Below are positions 8,091 to 17,162 of a stretch of 33,228 nt of DNA, piece after piece. Both the position numbers and the translations under genes were made by a program. This stretch comes from Asticcacaulis sp. (GTDB lineage: Bacteria; Pseudomonadota; Alphaproteobacteria; Caulobacterales; Caulobacteraceae), in assembly GCA_036834925.1 (NCBI GenBank), contig DAITMY010000001.1:1-33228 (forward strand). The letters are read 5' to 3'. The notes beneath the pieces were generated by a model, which saw only the letters and a program-made list of their open reading frames with translations, was not told where the DNA came from and searched no databases. Numbering within the stretch: the stretch's first letter is position 1; each line of letters opens with the position of its first letter.

Positions 8091-10355
8091 GTGGCCAGTG
8101 GCGCAATGATGATGCGGGGACAGCGGGGGCTTCTTCGTCAGATCCGCGAAGCCATGGCTGCGGGGCGGACCGCCCAGGCGCGCCTGGACATGGTGGTGCG
8201 GATCATTGCCGGCTCGATGGTGGCCGAGGTCTGTTCGATCTATCTGCGCCGGGCCTCTGATGAGCTCGAGTTGTTTGCCACCGAGGGCCTGAACCCGGCG
8301 GCGGTCCATACCACCCGCCTTAAGCCCGGTGAGGGACTAGTGGGTGAAGTGGCGGGTACGGGTGTGCCCCTGAACCTGTCGGATGCGCCCCATCACCCGA
8401 GCTTTGCCTATCGTCCGGAAACCGGCGAAGACCCCTATAATTCGTTCCTCGGCGTGCCTTTGTTGCGCGGTGGCCGCTCCATCGGGGTGCTGGTCGTTCA
8501 GAACCGCGCCCAGCGGCTTTATGACGAAGACGAGGTCGATGACCTTCAGACCATCGCCATGGTGCTGACCGAAATGGTCGCCTCGGGCGAACTGTTGGGT
8601 CAGGACGAGCTGAAAGATATCGAGATTGCGCCCCTGCGGCCAGAACGGCTGAAGGGGTCCAAATTCGCCGACGGCCTCGCGGTCGGGGTGGTGGTGTTGC
8701 ACGAAGTGCCGGTCGCCTCCGAACGCTTGCTGGCCGAAGATCCCGTGGCCGAAGAGGCCCGCCTGACGGCCGCCTTGGTGCGATTGCGCGAGCAGATTGA
8801 TGCCATGTTCGACGGTCAGCATGGCTTGGCTGGTCCCAGCTTCGATGTGCTGGAAACCTATCGCATGTTTGCCCACGACCGGGGCTGGACGCGCTCGCTC
8901 GAAGAGGCGGTCCGATCGGGCCTCAGCGCTGAGGCGGCGGTCGAGCGGGTCCGCAACGAACACCGCGCCCGCTTCAGCCATACACGCGACGCTTACCTGC
9001 GTGAACGCCTGCATGATCTGGAGGATCTGGCCAACCGCTTGCTGCGCGTTCTGTCTGGCGAAGAGACCCAGTCGCGGCAATTGCCTGAGAACACGATCCT
9101 TGTGGCGCGCGATCTTGGTCCCGCAGAGCTGCTCGAATATGATCGGCGCTTCCTCAGAGGTCTGCTCCTCGAAGAAGGCTCAGCCGCTAATCATGCGGCC
9201 ATTGTCGCCCGGGCGTTGCAGATCCCCTGTGTCGGGCGTCTCAGTGGTCTTCGGGACAAGGTGTCGCAAGGGGATGCTGTCATTGTTGATGGTGAAGTCG
9301 GCGAAGCCTTCCTGCGGCCGCGCCCAGACATCCTTGAGGCCACGCGCTCGCGGATGCAGACCCGGGCTCAGCGCTCGGCTGAATTCGCGCGCATCAAGGA
9401 CGAGCCCGCCATTACACTGGATGGGCAACGGATCAGCCTGCTGATGAATGCCGGGCTGGATGTCGACCTCGAGATCATGAACGACACCGGGGCCGAAGGG
9501 ATCGGCCTTTTTCGGACGGAATTTCAGTTCATGGTCAGCGAGGACCTGCCCCGGCTGGCCCGCCAGACAGAGCTTTACACGCGGGTGCTGGATGCCGCCG
9601 GGGACAAGCCGGTGATTTTCCGCACCCTCGATCTCGGGGGGGACAAAATGTTGCCCTACCTCGAAACCGAGCGAGAAGAGAACCCCGCTTTGGGATGGCG
9701 GGCGATCCGTATGGGCCTTGACCGCCCCGCCTTGCTGCGTATGCAGCTTCGGGCGCTACTCACGGCGGCGCGGGGGCGGAACCTGCGGGTTATGTTCCCG
9801 ATGATCGCCAGTGTTGACGAGTTCCGTGCCGCGCGCGCCTTGGTCGATCTGGAATGTGAGTGGGCTAGGCGGCGCGGGCGGCCCCTGCCGGATATTCTTC
9901 GGGTCGGGGCGATGATCGAAGCGCCGTCCTTGCTCTGGCATCTGGATGCACTGTTCCCCCTTGCGGATTTTGCCAGCGTGGGGACCAACGATCTGACGCA
10001 ATACATGTTCGCGGCGGACCGGACGAACCCTCGGGTAAGTGAGCGCTATGACTCCTTGTCGCCGCCGGTCTTGCGGGCCTTGGCCTCGATCCAGCGCTCG
10101 GCGAGCGAAAATGGTACACCTGTCTCGGTTTGTGGCGAATTGGCGGGGCGCCCGCTTGAGGCCTTTGTGCTGATTGCCCTGGGCTTTACCCGGCTGTCCA
10201 TGCCCCCCTCTGGCTTGGGTCCGGTCAAGCGGATGATCTTATCCGTGGACCGGGATGCGGCGGCCAAGGCGGTGACAAAGCTCATGAGTTCATCGGGGGG
10301 CTCGATCCGCAACGAAGTGCTGTCGCTGGCGCGCAAACTGAACGTCGCCATCTGA
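8091..10355 (+). CDS. ptsP: Phosphoenolpyruvate-protein phosphotransferase EI-Ntr
   Basis: N-terminal GAF domain (EVCSIYL, LFATEGLN), phospho-His motif HAAIVAR, and GIGLFRTEF, EENPALGWRAIR, SVGTNDLTQY, VCGELAG. 754 aa. Confidence 0.97.
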   Translation: MASGAMMMRGQRGLLRQIREAMAAGRTAQARLDMVVRIIAGSMVAEVCSIYLRRASDELELFATEGLNPAAVHTTRLKPGEGLVGEVAGTGVPLNLSDAPHHPSFAYRPETGEDPYNSFLGVPLLRGGRSIGVLVVQNRAQRLYDEDEVDDLQTIAMVLTEMVASGELLGQDELKDIEIAPLRPERLKGSKFADGLAVGVVVLHEVPVASERLLAEDPVAEEARLTAALVRLREQIDAMFDGQHGLAGPSFDVLETYRMFAHDRGWTRSLEEAVRSGLSAEAAVERVRNEHRARFSHTRDAYLRERLHDLEDLANRLLRVLSGEETQSRQLPENTILVARDLGPAELLEYDRRFLRGLLLEEGSAANHAAIVARALQIPCVGRLSGLRDKVSQGDAVIVDGEVGEAFLRPRPDILEATRSRMQTRAQRSAEFARIKDEPAITLDGQRISLLMNAGLDVDLEIMNDTGAEGIGLFRTEFQFMVSEDLPRLARQTELYTRVLDAAGDKPVIFRTLDLGGDKMLPYLETEREENPALGWRAIRMGLDRPALLRMQLRALLTAARGRNLRVMFPMIASVDEFRAARALVDLECEWARRRGRPLPDILRVGAMIEAPSLLWHLDALFPLADFASVGTNDLTQYMFAADRTNPRVSERYDSLSPPVLRALASIQRSASENGTPVSVCGELAGRPLEAFVLIALGFTRLSMPPSGLGPVKRMILSVDRDAAAKAVTKLMSSSGGSIRNEVLSLARKLNVAI

Positions 10356-10555
10356 TCCGAAGCGGCACAGGCTATGCCATTTCCCCTGTGGCACGAAAAG
10401 TGAATCGCGCCCTCCGGGAATCCTTAAGGATCCCTGAATGAGCGTTGATTCCGGAGGGCCGTTGTGCTTTCGTTGCGACAGTTGGGGGCCTGTGTTGGCG
10501 GGCGTTTTGAGCCGCTGACCTGTGGTCGGTTTTATAGTGCAGAGGGCGTAATCTG

Positions 10556-11779
10556 ATGGCTCCGCTGGATGCTGCCGGAGGTTCAGAGTTCATCCGTTCC
10601 GGAGGTCTTTCGCCTCTGGCCGCTGGGGGGCGGGATCCGGACGCGGCGCAGGACGCCGTTTCTGAAGCCCATTTTGCGCGTGAAGGATTGGCGACGTCCA
10701 TGGAACCCGGCTTCGGCGAAAGTTTACACTTGGCCCGTACGGCCCGGGGGCTGTCTCTTGAGCAGCTTGCTGAGCTGACACGTGTGCGCCGGGTCTATCT
10801 TGACGCCTTGGAGCGCGAAGATTTCGATCAGCTTCCGTCGCGCCCCTTTGCTGTAGGTTATGTTAAGGCCTATGCCCGAGCGCTGGGGTTGGATGAGGAG
10901 GTCTATGCCGACCGCTTCAAGGCTGCGTCTCCGGCAAAAGACGAAGCGCTTGGGGCCCCGATGGGGTCCTCCTTCGCAGAGGTTAGGCCTCGACGGCCGG
11001 TATTGCTGATTGCGGGGCTAGCGCTTTTGGCGGCGGTGGTCGTGTGGAATATCGCCCAGCGGGCTCTGCTGCTCGAAGACAAAAAGCCTGTGCAGCTGGT
11101 GGAAGGGCCCAAGGCTTGGGTCCAGGGTGTGCCGTTGATCCAGGACGGGCTTATGGCGATATCTCCGCCGCGTCCGGCGCCTAAAGACCAAGCCGTGCCG
11201 GAGCCCTATGTCACGCCGGGTCTCGAAGAGGGGTTTGCCGCCGTCGCCGCCGCTCAGGCCGCGCAACAGGCATCCGGTCAGGAGCAAGCGGTTGCGGATG
11301 ACGCACCGCTGCAACGGGCCTTCAACCCACGCGGCCCTGTATACGGATCTGCACCGGGTCAGTCGATTGTGACGCTTCAAGCGAAAAAGCCGGTCAATCT
11401 GGTCGTTCGCAGCGCGGATGGCACCATCTATTTTGCGCGGCTCTTGGCCGAGGGGGAGGCTTACCGGGCACCGCAATCCTCGATCCGCGCTCTGACGGTT
11501 GATGTGTCCGACCCCGCGTCCGTGGATGTCTTCCTGGAGGGCGAGTTCGCCGGGACCCTAGGCCAAGCCGTGACGCCGCTCAGTCGTCTGAATGCCCGGT
11601 CTGGCATCGCGCAGGCTGTGACAGCTCTGCCCCGTCCGTCCCGCCCGACCAGCCGGTCGGCACCCGAAGCGCCTAAGCCGGTTCCTGTCACGACGCCTGA
11701 AGCTCCATTGCCTTACAGCCCATCGCCCGCCACAGCGCCCCCCGCGCAACCAGCCGACGGGGATCCTTTGCCGTTCTGA
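10556..11779 (+). CDS. rodZ: Cell-shape protein RodZ-like (HTH, single TM, periplasmic domain)
   Basis: HTH GESLHLARTARGLSLEQLAELTRVR..YLDALE...GYVKAYARALGL, one TM helix, and a C-terminal beta domain with a Pro-rich tail. Lies after ptsP as in Caulobacter. Alternative start at 10700. Confidence 0.8.
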   Translation: MAPLDAAGGSEFIRSGGLSPLAAGGRDPDAAQDAVSEAHFAREGLATSMEPGFGESLHLARTARGLSLEQLAELTRVRRVYLDALEREDFDQLPSRPFAVGYVKAYARALGLDEEVYADRFKAASPAKDEALGAPMGSSFAEVRPRRPVLLIAGLALLAAVVVWNIAQRALLLEDKKPVQLVEGPKAWVQGVPLIQDGLMAISPPRPAPKDQAVPEPYVTPGLEEGFAAVAAAQAAQQASGQEQAVADDAPLQRAFNPRGPVYGSAPGQSIVTLQAKKPVNLVVRSADGTIYFARLLAEGEAYRAPQSSIRALTVDVSDPASVDVFLEGEFAGTLGQAVTPLSRLNARSGIAQAVTALPRPSRPTSRSAPEAPKPVPVTTPEAPLPYSPSPATAPPAQPADGDPLPF

Positions 11780-11793
11780 AAAACGGGCGGCGA

Positions 11794-12306
11794 TTAGTCT
11801 GCCGCTTCGTCGCGGTTGGCGGAGCGGAGCCGCATACCCAACCCTCGCACGTCATCGCGTGTGCTGAAAATTTCCTGCGGCTTTAAGCCAAGCTGGCTTA
11901 GAATCTGAAGCGGGATGCGGCTGGCTTTTTCGCGCAGCGCCCATCCGGCTTCGGTCAGGCGTATACGGGTCACGCGCTCGTCCTTTTCGTCGCGATTGCG
12001 CGTGAGTAGACCCGCGGTCTGAAGCCGCTTGAGCAAAGGGGTCAGCGTGCCGCTGTCCAGATGCAGGGGTGCACCCAGATCTCCGACGGATAGATCATCC
12101 TGTTCCCACAGGCGCATCATGACCAGATACTGGGGATAGGTCAGCCCAAGGGGGCCAAGGAGCGGTTTATAGGCTGCGGTAAAGGCGTTGTGAGCCGCGT
12201 AAACAGCAAAGCACAGTTGATTGTCCAGCTTAAGCTGGGACGGCGTTTTGCCCCGCGCGGCTGTGGGGGCGTCGTTCAGTCGTGTTTCGGAATCAGCCTC
12301 TGACAT
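11794..12306 (-). CDS. ohrR: Organic hydroperoxide resistance regulator, MarR family
   Basis: LDNQLCFAVY, LTYPQYLVM, LDSGTLTPLLKRL and DER motifs; divergent from ohr. Confidence 0.93.
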   Translation of the reverse strand: MSEADSETRLNDAPTAARGKTPSQLKLDNQLCFAVYAAHNAFTAAYKPLLGPLGLTYPQYLVMMRLWEQDDLSVGDLGAPLHLDSGTLTPLLKRLQTAGLLTRNRDEKDERVTRIRLTEAGWALREKASRIPLQILSQLGLKPQEIFSTRDDVRGLGMRLRSANRDEAAD

Positions 12307-12358
12307 AGGGCGAGCTTAGGCCCAGCCCTGATATGGTGCAACGGTGTTCGAAAGGGCC

Positions 12359-12391
12359 TTGAAAATATATTGTTCACAATTATATTGTGAA
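12359..12391 (+). promoter_or_regulatory. ohr promoter overlapped by an OhrR operator
   Basis: TTGAAA (12359-12364) N16 TATATT (12381-12386). Inverted repeat TTCACAAT-TAT-ATTGTGAA (12373-12391) resembles the ACAATT-N-AATTGT OhrR box. Confidence 0.75.
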
Positions 12392-12417
12392 ATGCATTAC
12401 GCAAAATGGAGCGGCGA

Positions 12418-12846
12418 ATGACCTCGATTAATCCTCTTTATATCGGTAAGGCCCGGGCGACCGGGGGGCGAAACGGTGAAGCGCGGGCAGACGAAGACCG
12501 TTTCGTTCTGGCCCTCAGCACCCCGCGCGAACTGGGTGGTCCAGGCGGTGCCGGGACCAATCCGGAACAGATGTTTGCAGCCGGATATGCCGCCTGTTTC
12601 ATCGGCGCCCTCAAGTTTGTCGGTCAGCGCGATGGCGTGATGGTTCCGGCGGAAACCGCGATTGATGCGGCGGTCGGCATCGGCCCGATCGAAGGTGGCT
12701 TTGGGATCAATGCTGCCCTGACCATTTCCTTACCCGGTCTGGATAAGGCGGTGGCGGAGCGTTTAATCGCTGAGGCGCACAAGGTATGCCCCTATTCCAA
12801 TGCGACGCGGGGCAACATTGATGTGACCCTGACACTGGCCGCATAA
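12418..12846 (+). CDS. ohr: Organic hydroperoxide resistance protein Ohr
   Basis: [23 protein letters not shown] and [14 protein letters not shown] with both catalytic Cys. GGAG RBS before ATG 12418. The ORF track starts at 12406. Confidence 0.96.
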   Translation: MTSINPLYIGKARATGGRNGEARADEDRFVLALSTPRELGGPGGAGTNPEQMFAAGYAACFIGALKFVGQRDGVMVPAETAIDAAVGIGPIEGGFGINAALTISLPGLDKAVAERLIAEAHKVCPYSNATRGNIDVTLTLAA

Positions 12847-12860
12847 CTCAGCGGCCTAAC

Positions 12861-13070
12861 TCAACGGCCTGGGCAACGGAGCAAGCGGGCCAAGGTCACG
12901 AGGGGAATATCGCCGCACCGGGCTTCGATCAGATCTGAGCGCCGGTGTTGGTGATGACTATGGCATGCGGGGCAGGGCAGGGTGACCATGTCCTGTCCGG
13001 ACGGGAGAGATCGTACCGTCCGGCGTTCGGCGGGTACGCATAGGCGGTGTGAGCTCCAGATCGCCGTCAT
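12861..13070 (-). pseudogene. Small zinc-ribbon-like ORF, possibly degenerate, downstream of a LexA box
   Basis: 69 aa with CPAC...DL...GDIPL..LARLLRCPGR*. The second CxxC appears broken (CPGR then stop). SOS box 79 nt upstream. Confidence 0.45.
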
Positions 13071-13148
13071 GGCGGTGCGGGTCTTTCAGAAACTAGGGCA
13101 ACCGACCCCTCAAAGGTGCCACAGTCATGGCTAGCTCGCGAGTCAAAT

Positions 13149-13163
13149 GTTCGCCCTATGTTC
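13149..13163. promoter_or_regulatory. Alphaproteobacterial LexA (SOS) box
   Basis: GTTC-GCCCTAT-GTTC is an exact GTTC-N7-GTTC match, intergenic between divergent ORFs. Confidence 0.75.
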
Positions 13164-13263
13164 TAATTCCTGTGGGTTTCACGGCCCCTTAAGTTCCTTC
13201 TGATAGAACAGAGGCCAGTGTTAAGGCTTGGGCCAAGGCCCCGGAGATAGCCCCGGAGACAGA

Positions 13264-13689
13264 ATGTCGCGCTTCACGCTCAGCCGTGCCCGTTTTTTTC
13301 AGATCATGACCTTGATCTGCCTGTCGATCGTCCTGTTCAGCCTTGTGGCGCTGATGCTTGGCCCGTTCCAAGGGCTGGAGGCAAAGATGGGGATGTCCGA
13401 CAAGCAAGCCCACATCGTCGCCTTCTATGGCCTGTCGATTGCCCTCATGCTGGGGCTGCCTAAAATTCGCAAAACGGATGTCTTGCTGCTGCTGATTGCT
13501 TTTGGCGGGCTTTTAGAAGTGGCTCAGACCTTTACCGGTCGTTCCGGCAGTCTGGGTGATTGGGCGGCCAATTGTGCAGGAACCGCCCTTGCTGTGCTGC
13601 CGCTTTATGTTCGCGACTTTAATCGTAAGCGGCTGTCCCGTCGTCTGAGCCATAAGGCATCGCAACCTGTTGCGGCGGATCAGGCCTAA
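13264..13689 (+). CDS. VanZ-like membrane protein
   Basis: DKQAHIVAFYGL, GGLLEVAQTFTGRSGSLGDWAAN and several TM helices. GGAG RBS before ATG 13264. Its stop overlaps the stop of the convergent SDR. Confidence 0.8.
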   Translation: MSRFTLSRARFFQIMTLICLSIVLFSLVALMLGPFQGLEAKMGMSDKQAHIVAFYGLSIALMLGLPKIRKTDVLLLLIAFGGLLEVAQTFTGRSGSLGDWAANCAGTALAVLPLYVRDFNRKRLSRRLSHKASQPVAADQA

Positions 13690-14441
13690 CTCCCTTTGCG
13701 GATAATCCCGCTCATGAGCCCAAAGCTCATCCATCGCGGCAGGATGGCAATCAGTTTTAGCATCCAACTCAGGCGTTTGGGGAAGGTGATTTCAAAACCT
13801 TTGCCCTCCAGGCCCTTGCGGATCCGCTCGGCGGCGGCCGGCGCTTCCATGAGGAAGGGCATGGGAAAGTCGTTCTTATCCGTCAGCGGTGTCCGCACAA
13901 AGCCTGGCGCAATCAGGCGGACATCTATGCCATAGAGCTTCAGCTCCATGTGCGCGGTCTCGGTGAAGCGGGCGACGGCCGCCTTGGTGGCGCTATAGAC
14001 CCCGGCAAAGGGGAGGCCGTGGTATCCGGCAACGGACCCCACAATGGCGATCTGGCCCTGTTTGTGGGCCATCATCGTCGCGACGACGGGTTCAAAGGTG
14101 TTGAACAGGCCCTGAAGATTGGTGCCAAGGATAAAGGCCGCATCCTCACGGCTGAACCGCTTCATCGGCGTGGGCTTGTGGGTCCCGGCATTAAGAATGG
14201 CCAAGTCCGGCACGCCGACCTCGCTGACAAAATCGGCAAAGGCTTGGTCGCCCGCATGGGCATCGAGAATGTCAAAGCTATAGGGCCGTGCCCGGGGGTT
14301 GCCTGCACACAGGGCGGCAAGGGCTTCGGCATTGCGCCCGCACACGCCCACTGTGGCGCCTCGATCCAGATAGACTCGGGCCAGAGCCGCGCCGATTCCG
14401 CTCGACGCACCCGTAATCCAGACAATCTTCGGATGGTGCAT
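13686..14441 (-). CDS. Short-chain dehydrogenase/reductase (SDR)
   Basis: TGASSGIG, LNAG, catalytic YSATK, PGFVRTPLT. GAGGGAG RBS. Confidence 0.95.
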   Translation of the reverse strand: MHHPKIVWITGASSGIGAALARVYLDRGATVGVCGRNAEALAALCAGNPRARPYSFDILDAHAGDQAFADFVSEVGVPDLAILNAGTHKPTPMKRFSREDAAFILGTNLQGLFNTFEPVVATMMAHKQGQIAIVGSVAGYHGLPFAGVYSATKAAVARFTETAHMELKLYGIDVRLIAPGFVRTPLTDKNDFPMPFLMEAPAAAERIRKGLEGKGFEITFPKRLSWMLKLIAILPRWMSFGLMSGIIRKGS

Positions 14442-14663
14442 TGTGTTCTCCCTCGTTTCCGATCTCTACGTTATCGCAAGGGTATCAGATTGTTTGTGCG
14501 GTTGCCGCTTAAGTCGTGCTGGGACTGGGCGGGACATGACAGTTTTGTAAGGTGGGCGGATCCGGCTCGACGCCACAAAAAAACCGGGTTTAGGTAGGGC
14601 CTGACATAACAAGCGGGGCCAACCCGTTCCCCATGGGCTCTCCCCACAGGTAAGGAGGACCGG

Positions 14664-17132
14664 ATGATCCGGAAGACTTCGCGCAAATTTCTGTTGTCCG
14701 CAGCGGCTTTACTCGCCCTGACGGCAACGCTGCCCCTGTCCGGTGCGGCGCTGGCCCAAGCCAATATGGCGTATCAGACGGCCCCAGCCCCGGTTGCGGA
14801 CATCCTCAAGGCCAAGGCCATGCCGGGATTTCAATTGTCGCCGGATCAGGCCACGGCTCTGATCCTGACCCGGGCCGAAGCCCCGTCGATTGCCGAAATG
14901 GCCGCGCCGATCCTGCGTCTGGGGGGCTATCGCCTCAATCCTCGCACCAATGCCCCGTCCGAGGGCCGCGTGGCCGTGTCCGAGGGTTTGCAATTCAAGT
15001 CGATCCAGTCCGGCAAGACGGTCGATGTGGTCCTGCCGGATGGGGCGCGGGTGATGTACCCGACCTGGTCGCCCGACAGCCGCAAACTGGCCTTTGCGCT
15101 GGAAAGCGCTGACGGCGTAACGCTGTGGATGGCCGATGCCGCAACCGGCAAAGCCTCGCAACTCGGGCAGGTCCGCCTCAATGCGATCATGCCCGCCATG
15201 GAGTGGACGCCTGACAGCGCGCGGATCATTGTCAACGCCATTCCGACCGGTCGCGGCGCACCGCCGGAGGCACCGCTTGTCCCAGAAGGGCCGGTGATTC
15301 AGGAAAACATGGGTCGGGCCGCGCCGGTCCGGACGTTCCAGGACCTGTTGTCCTCGCCCCACGATGAGGCGCTGTTCGACTATTACTTCACCAGTGCTCT
15401 GACTGAAATTGTGGTCAGCACCGGTGAAACCAAAACACTCGGTGAGCCGGGGATCTATTCGAGTGTCAACCTGTCGCCCGATGGCCGGTTCCTCGTCGTC
15501 AACCGCCTGAAGCGCCCCTTTAGCTATGTTGTTACGGCCGGATCTTTCCCGACGGAAATCACCCTGCGTGACCGGAACGGGGCGATTATTCGTACTCTGG
15601 CGGATCGTCCGCTCGCAGATAATCTGCCGCCCGCCTTTGATGCGGTGGTCAAGGGCCCCCGGAGTGTCAGCTGGCGCGCCGATGCCCCAGCAACCCTGGT
15701 TTGGGCCGAAGCGCTGGATGACGGCGATCCGCGTAAAAAGGTCGAAAAACGCGACCGGGTAAAAATGCTCTCGGCCCCATTTGACGGTGAAGCGGTGACC
15801 TTGGCCGATCTCGAGCACCGCTACGCCGGGGCCGCCTGGGGGCGTGCCGATACGGCCCTGATCTATAGCAACTGGTGGGTCAGCCGCACCCAGACGGTGT
15901 TTGTGGCCGATCCGTCCAAGCCGGGCACGATCCGCCCAGTGCTGCAGCGCAATTCGCAGGACCGCTTCAAGGACCCGGGCTCGCCGATGATGGTGACCGG
16001 CCCGCTCGGAACGCGCGTGCTGCAATTCAGCAAGGATGGCAAGGGCGTGCTGATGACCGCGCCCGGCAATACCCGCGAAGGGGCCTTCCCGCAGTTGACG
16101 CGGTTCGACCTTGCCAGTGGCCAGTCCAAGGTCTTGTGGCAATCGGCCAAGGATGGCTATGAGCGGGTGATGGCGGCCCCCAAGGGGGATGCCTCGCAGC
16201 TCATCACCTGGCGTGAAAGCGCGAGCCTGGCTCCGAACTATTATCTGCGCTCGGGCCGGTCGCTGAAGGCTTTGACCGAGCACAAAGACCCGGCCCCCCA
16301 GTTTGCCGGGGTCAGCAAACAGCTGATCACCTATAAGCGCGCTGACGGCGTGGATCTGTCCGGAACGCTCTACTTGCCGGCTGGGTATGATGCGAAAAAG
16401 GATGGGCCGCTGCCGCTGGTCATGTGGGCCTATCCCCAAGAGTTCACCGATCCGCGCATTGCCAGCCAGGTCGTCGATCAAGGCAACCGCTTTACCCGTC
16501 CGGGTGGGGCGAGCCATTTGTTCCTGCTGACCCAGGGCTATGCCATTCTTGATGGGCCGAGCATGCCGATCGTCGGGACCTCGGGCACCGATGCCAACAA
16601 CACCTATGTTGAGCAACTGCGCGCCAGCGCCGAAGCCGCGGTCAAGGCAGTGGTCGATCTCGGGGTGGCCGACAAGGACAGGATTGCAGTCGGTGGGCAC
16701 AGCTATGGTGCCTTCATGACTGCCAATCTGCTGGCGCACACGGACCTGTTCCGCACCGGGATCGCCCGTTCAGGGGCCTATAACCGTACTCTGACGCCGT
16801 TTGGCTTCCAAGCCGAACAGCGCACCTATTGGGAGGCGACCGACATCTATACCAACATGTCGCCCTTTACCTATGCCAACAAGATCAAGGAGCCGATCCT
16901 GCTGATCCATGGCATGGCTGATGACAATTCGGGGACCTTCCCGATGCAGTCTGAGCGGTTCTATGCCGCGCTCAAGGGCAATGGGGCGACGGTGCGGTTC
17001 GTTTATCTGCCGCACGAGTCCCATGGTTATCGCGCCCGGGAGTCGGTCAATCATACGATCTGGGAAACCGTGCGCTGGCTCGACACCTATATGAAGCCGA
17101 AAAAGGCCGGGACGGCCCCGGCAGCTCAATAA
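14664..17132 (+). CDS. Secreted S9 family (prolyl oligopeptidase clan) peptidase, glutamyl-endopeptidase-like
   Basis: Signal peptide, propeller repeats (LSPD/WSPD), GGHSYGAFM nucleophile, HGMADDNSGT and HESHGY. AAGGAGG RBS. Confidence 0.93.
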   Translation: MIRKTSRKFLLSAAALLALTATLPLSGAALAQANMAYQTAPAPVADILKAKAMPGFQLSPDQATALILTRAEAPSIAEMAAPILRLGGYRLNPRTNAPSEGRVAVSEGLQFKSIQSGKTVDVVLPDGARVMYPTWSPDSRKLAFALESADGVTLWMADAATGKASQLGQVRLNAIMPAMEWTPDSARIIVNAIPTGRGAPPEAPLVPEGPVIQENMGRAAPVRTFQDLLSSPHDEALFDYYFTSALTEIVVSTGETKTLGEPGIYSSVNLSPDGRFLVVNRLKRPFSYVVTAGSFPTEITLRDRNGAIIRTLADRPLADNLPPAFDAVVKGPRSVSWRADAPATLVWAEALDDGDPRKKVEKRDRVKMLSAPFDGEAVTLADLEHRYAGAAWGRADTALIYSNWWVSRTQTVFVADPSKPGTIRPVLQRNSQDRFKDPGSPMMVTGPLGTRVLQFSKDGKGVLMTAPGNTREGAFPQLTRFDLASGQSKVLWQSAKDGYERVMAAPKGDASQLITWRESASLAPNYYLRSGRSLKALTEHKDPAPQFAGVSKQLITYKRADGVDLSGTLYLPAGYDAKKDGPLPLVMWAYPQEFTDPRIASQVVDQGNRFTRPGGASHLFLLTQGYAILDGPSMPIVGTSGTDANNTYVEQLRASAEAAVKAVVDLGVADKDRIAVGGHSYGAFMTANLLAHTDLFRTGIARSGAYNRTLTPFGFQAEQRTYWEATDIYTNMSPFTYANKIKEPILLIHGMADDNSGTFPMQSERFYAALKGNGATVRFVYLPHESHGYRARESVNHTIWETVRWLDTYMKPKKAGTAPAAQ

Positions 17133-17162
17133 GCAGACCCAAGCCGGACAGGAGATCTGACG

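Noticed and set aside
14709..16739. 676-aa minus-strand ORF
   Set aside because: Antisense shadow of the S9 peptidase gene; no recognisable domain.
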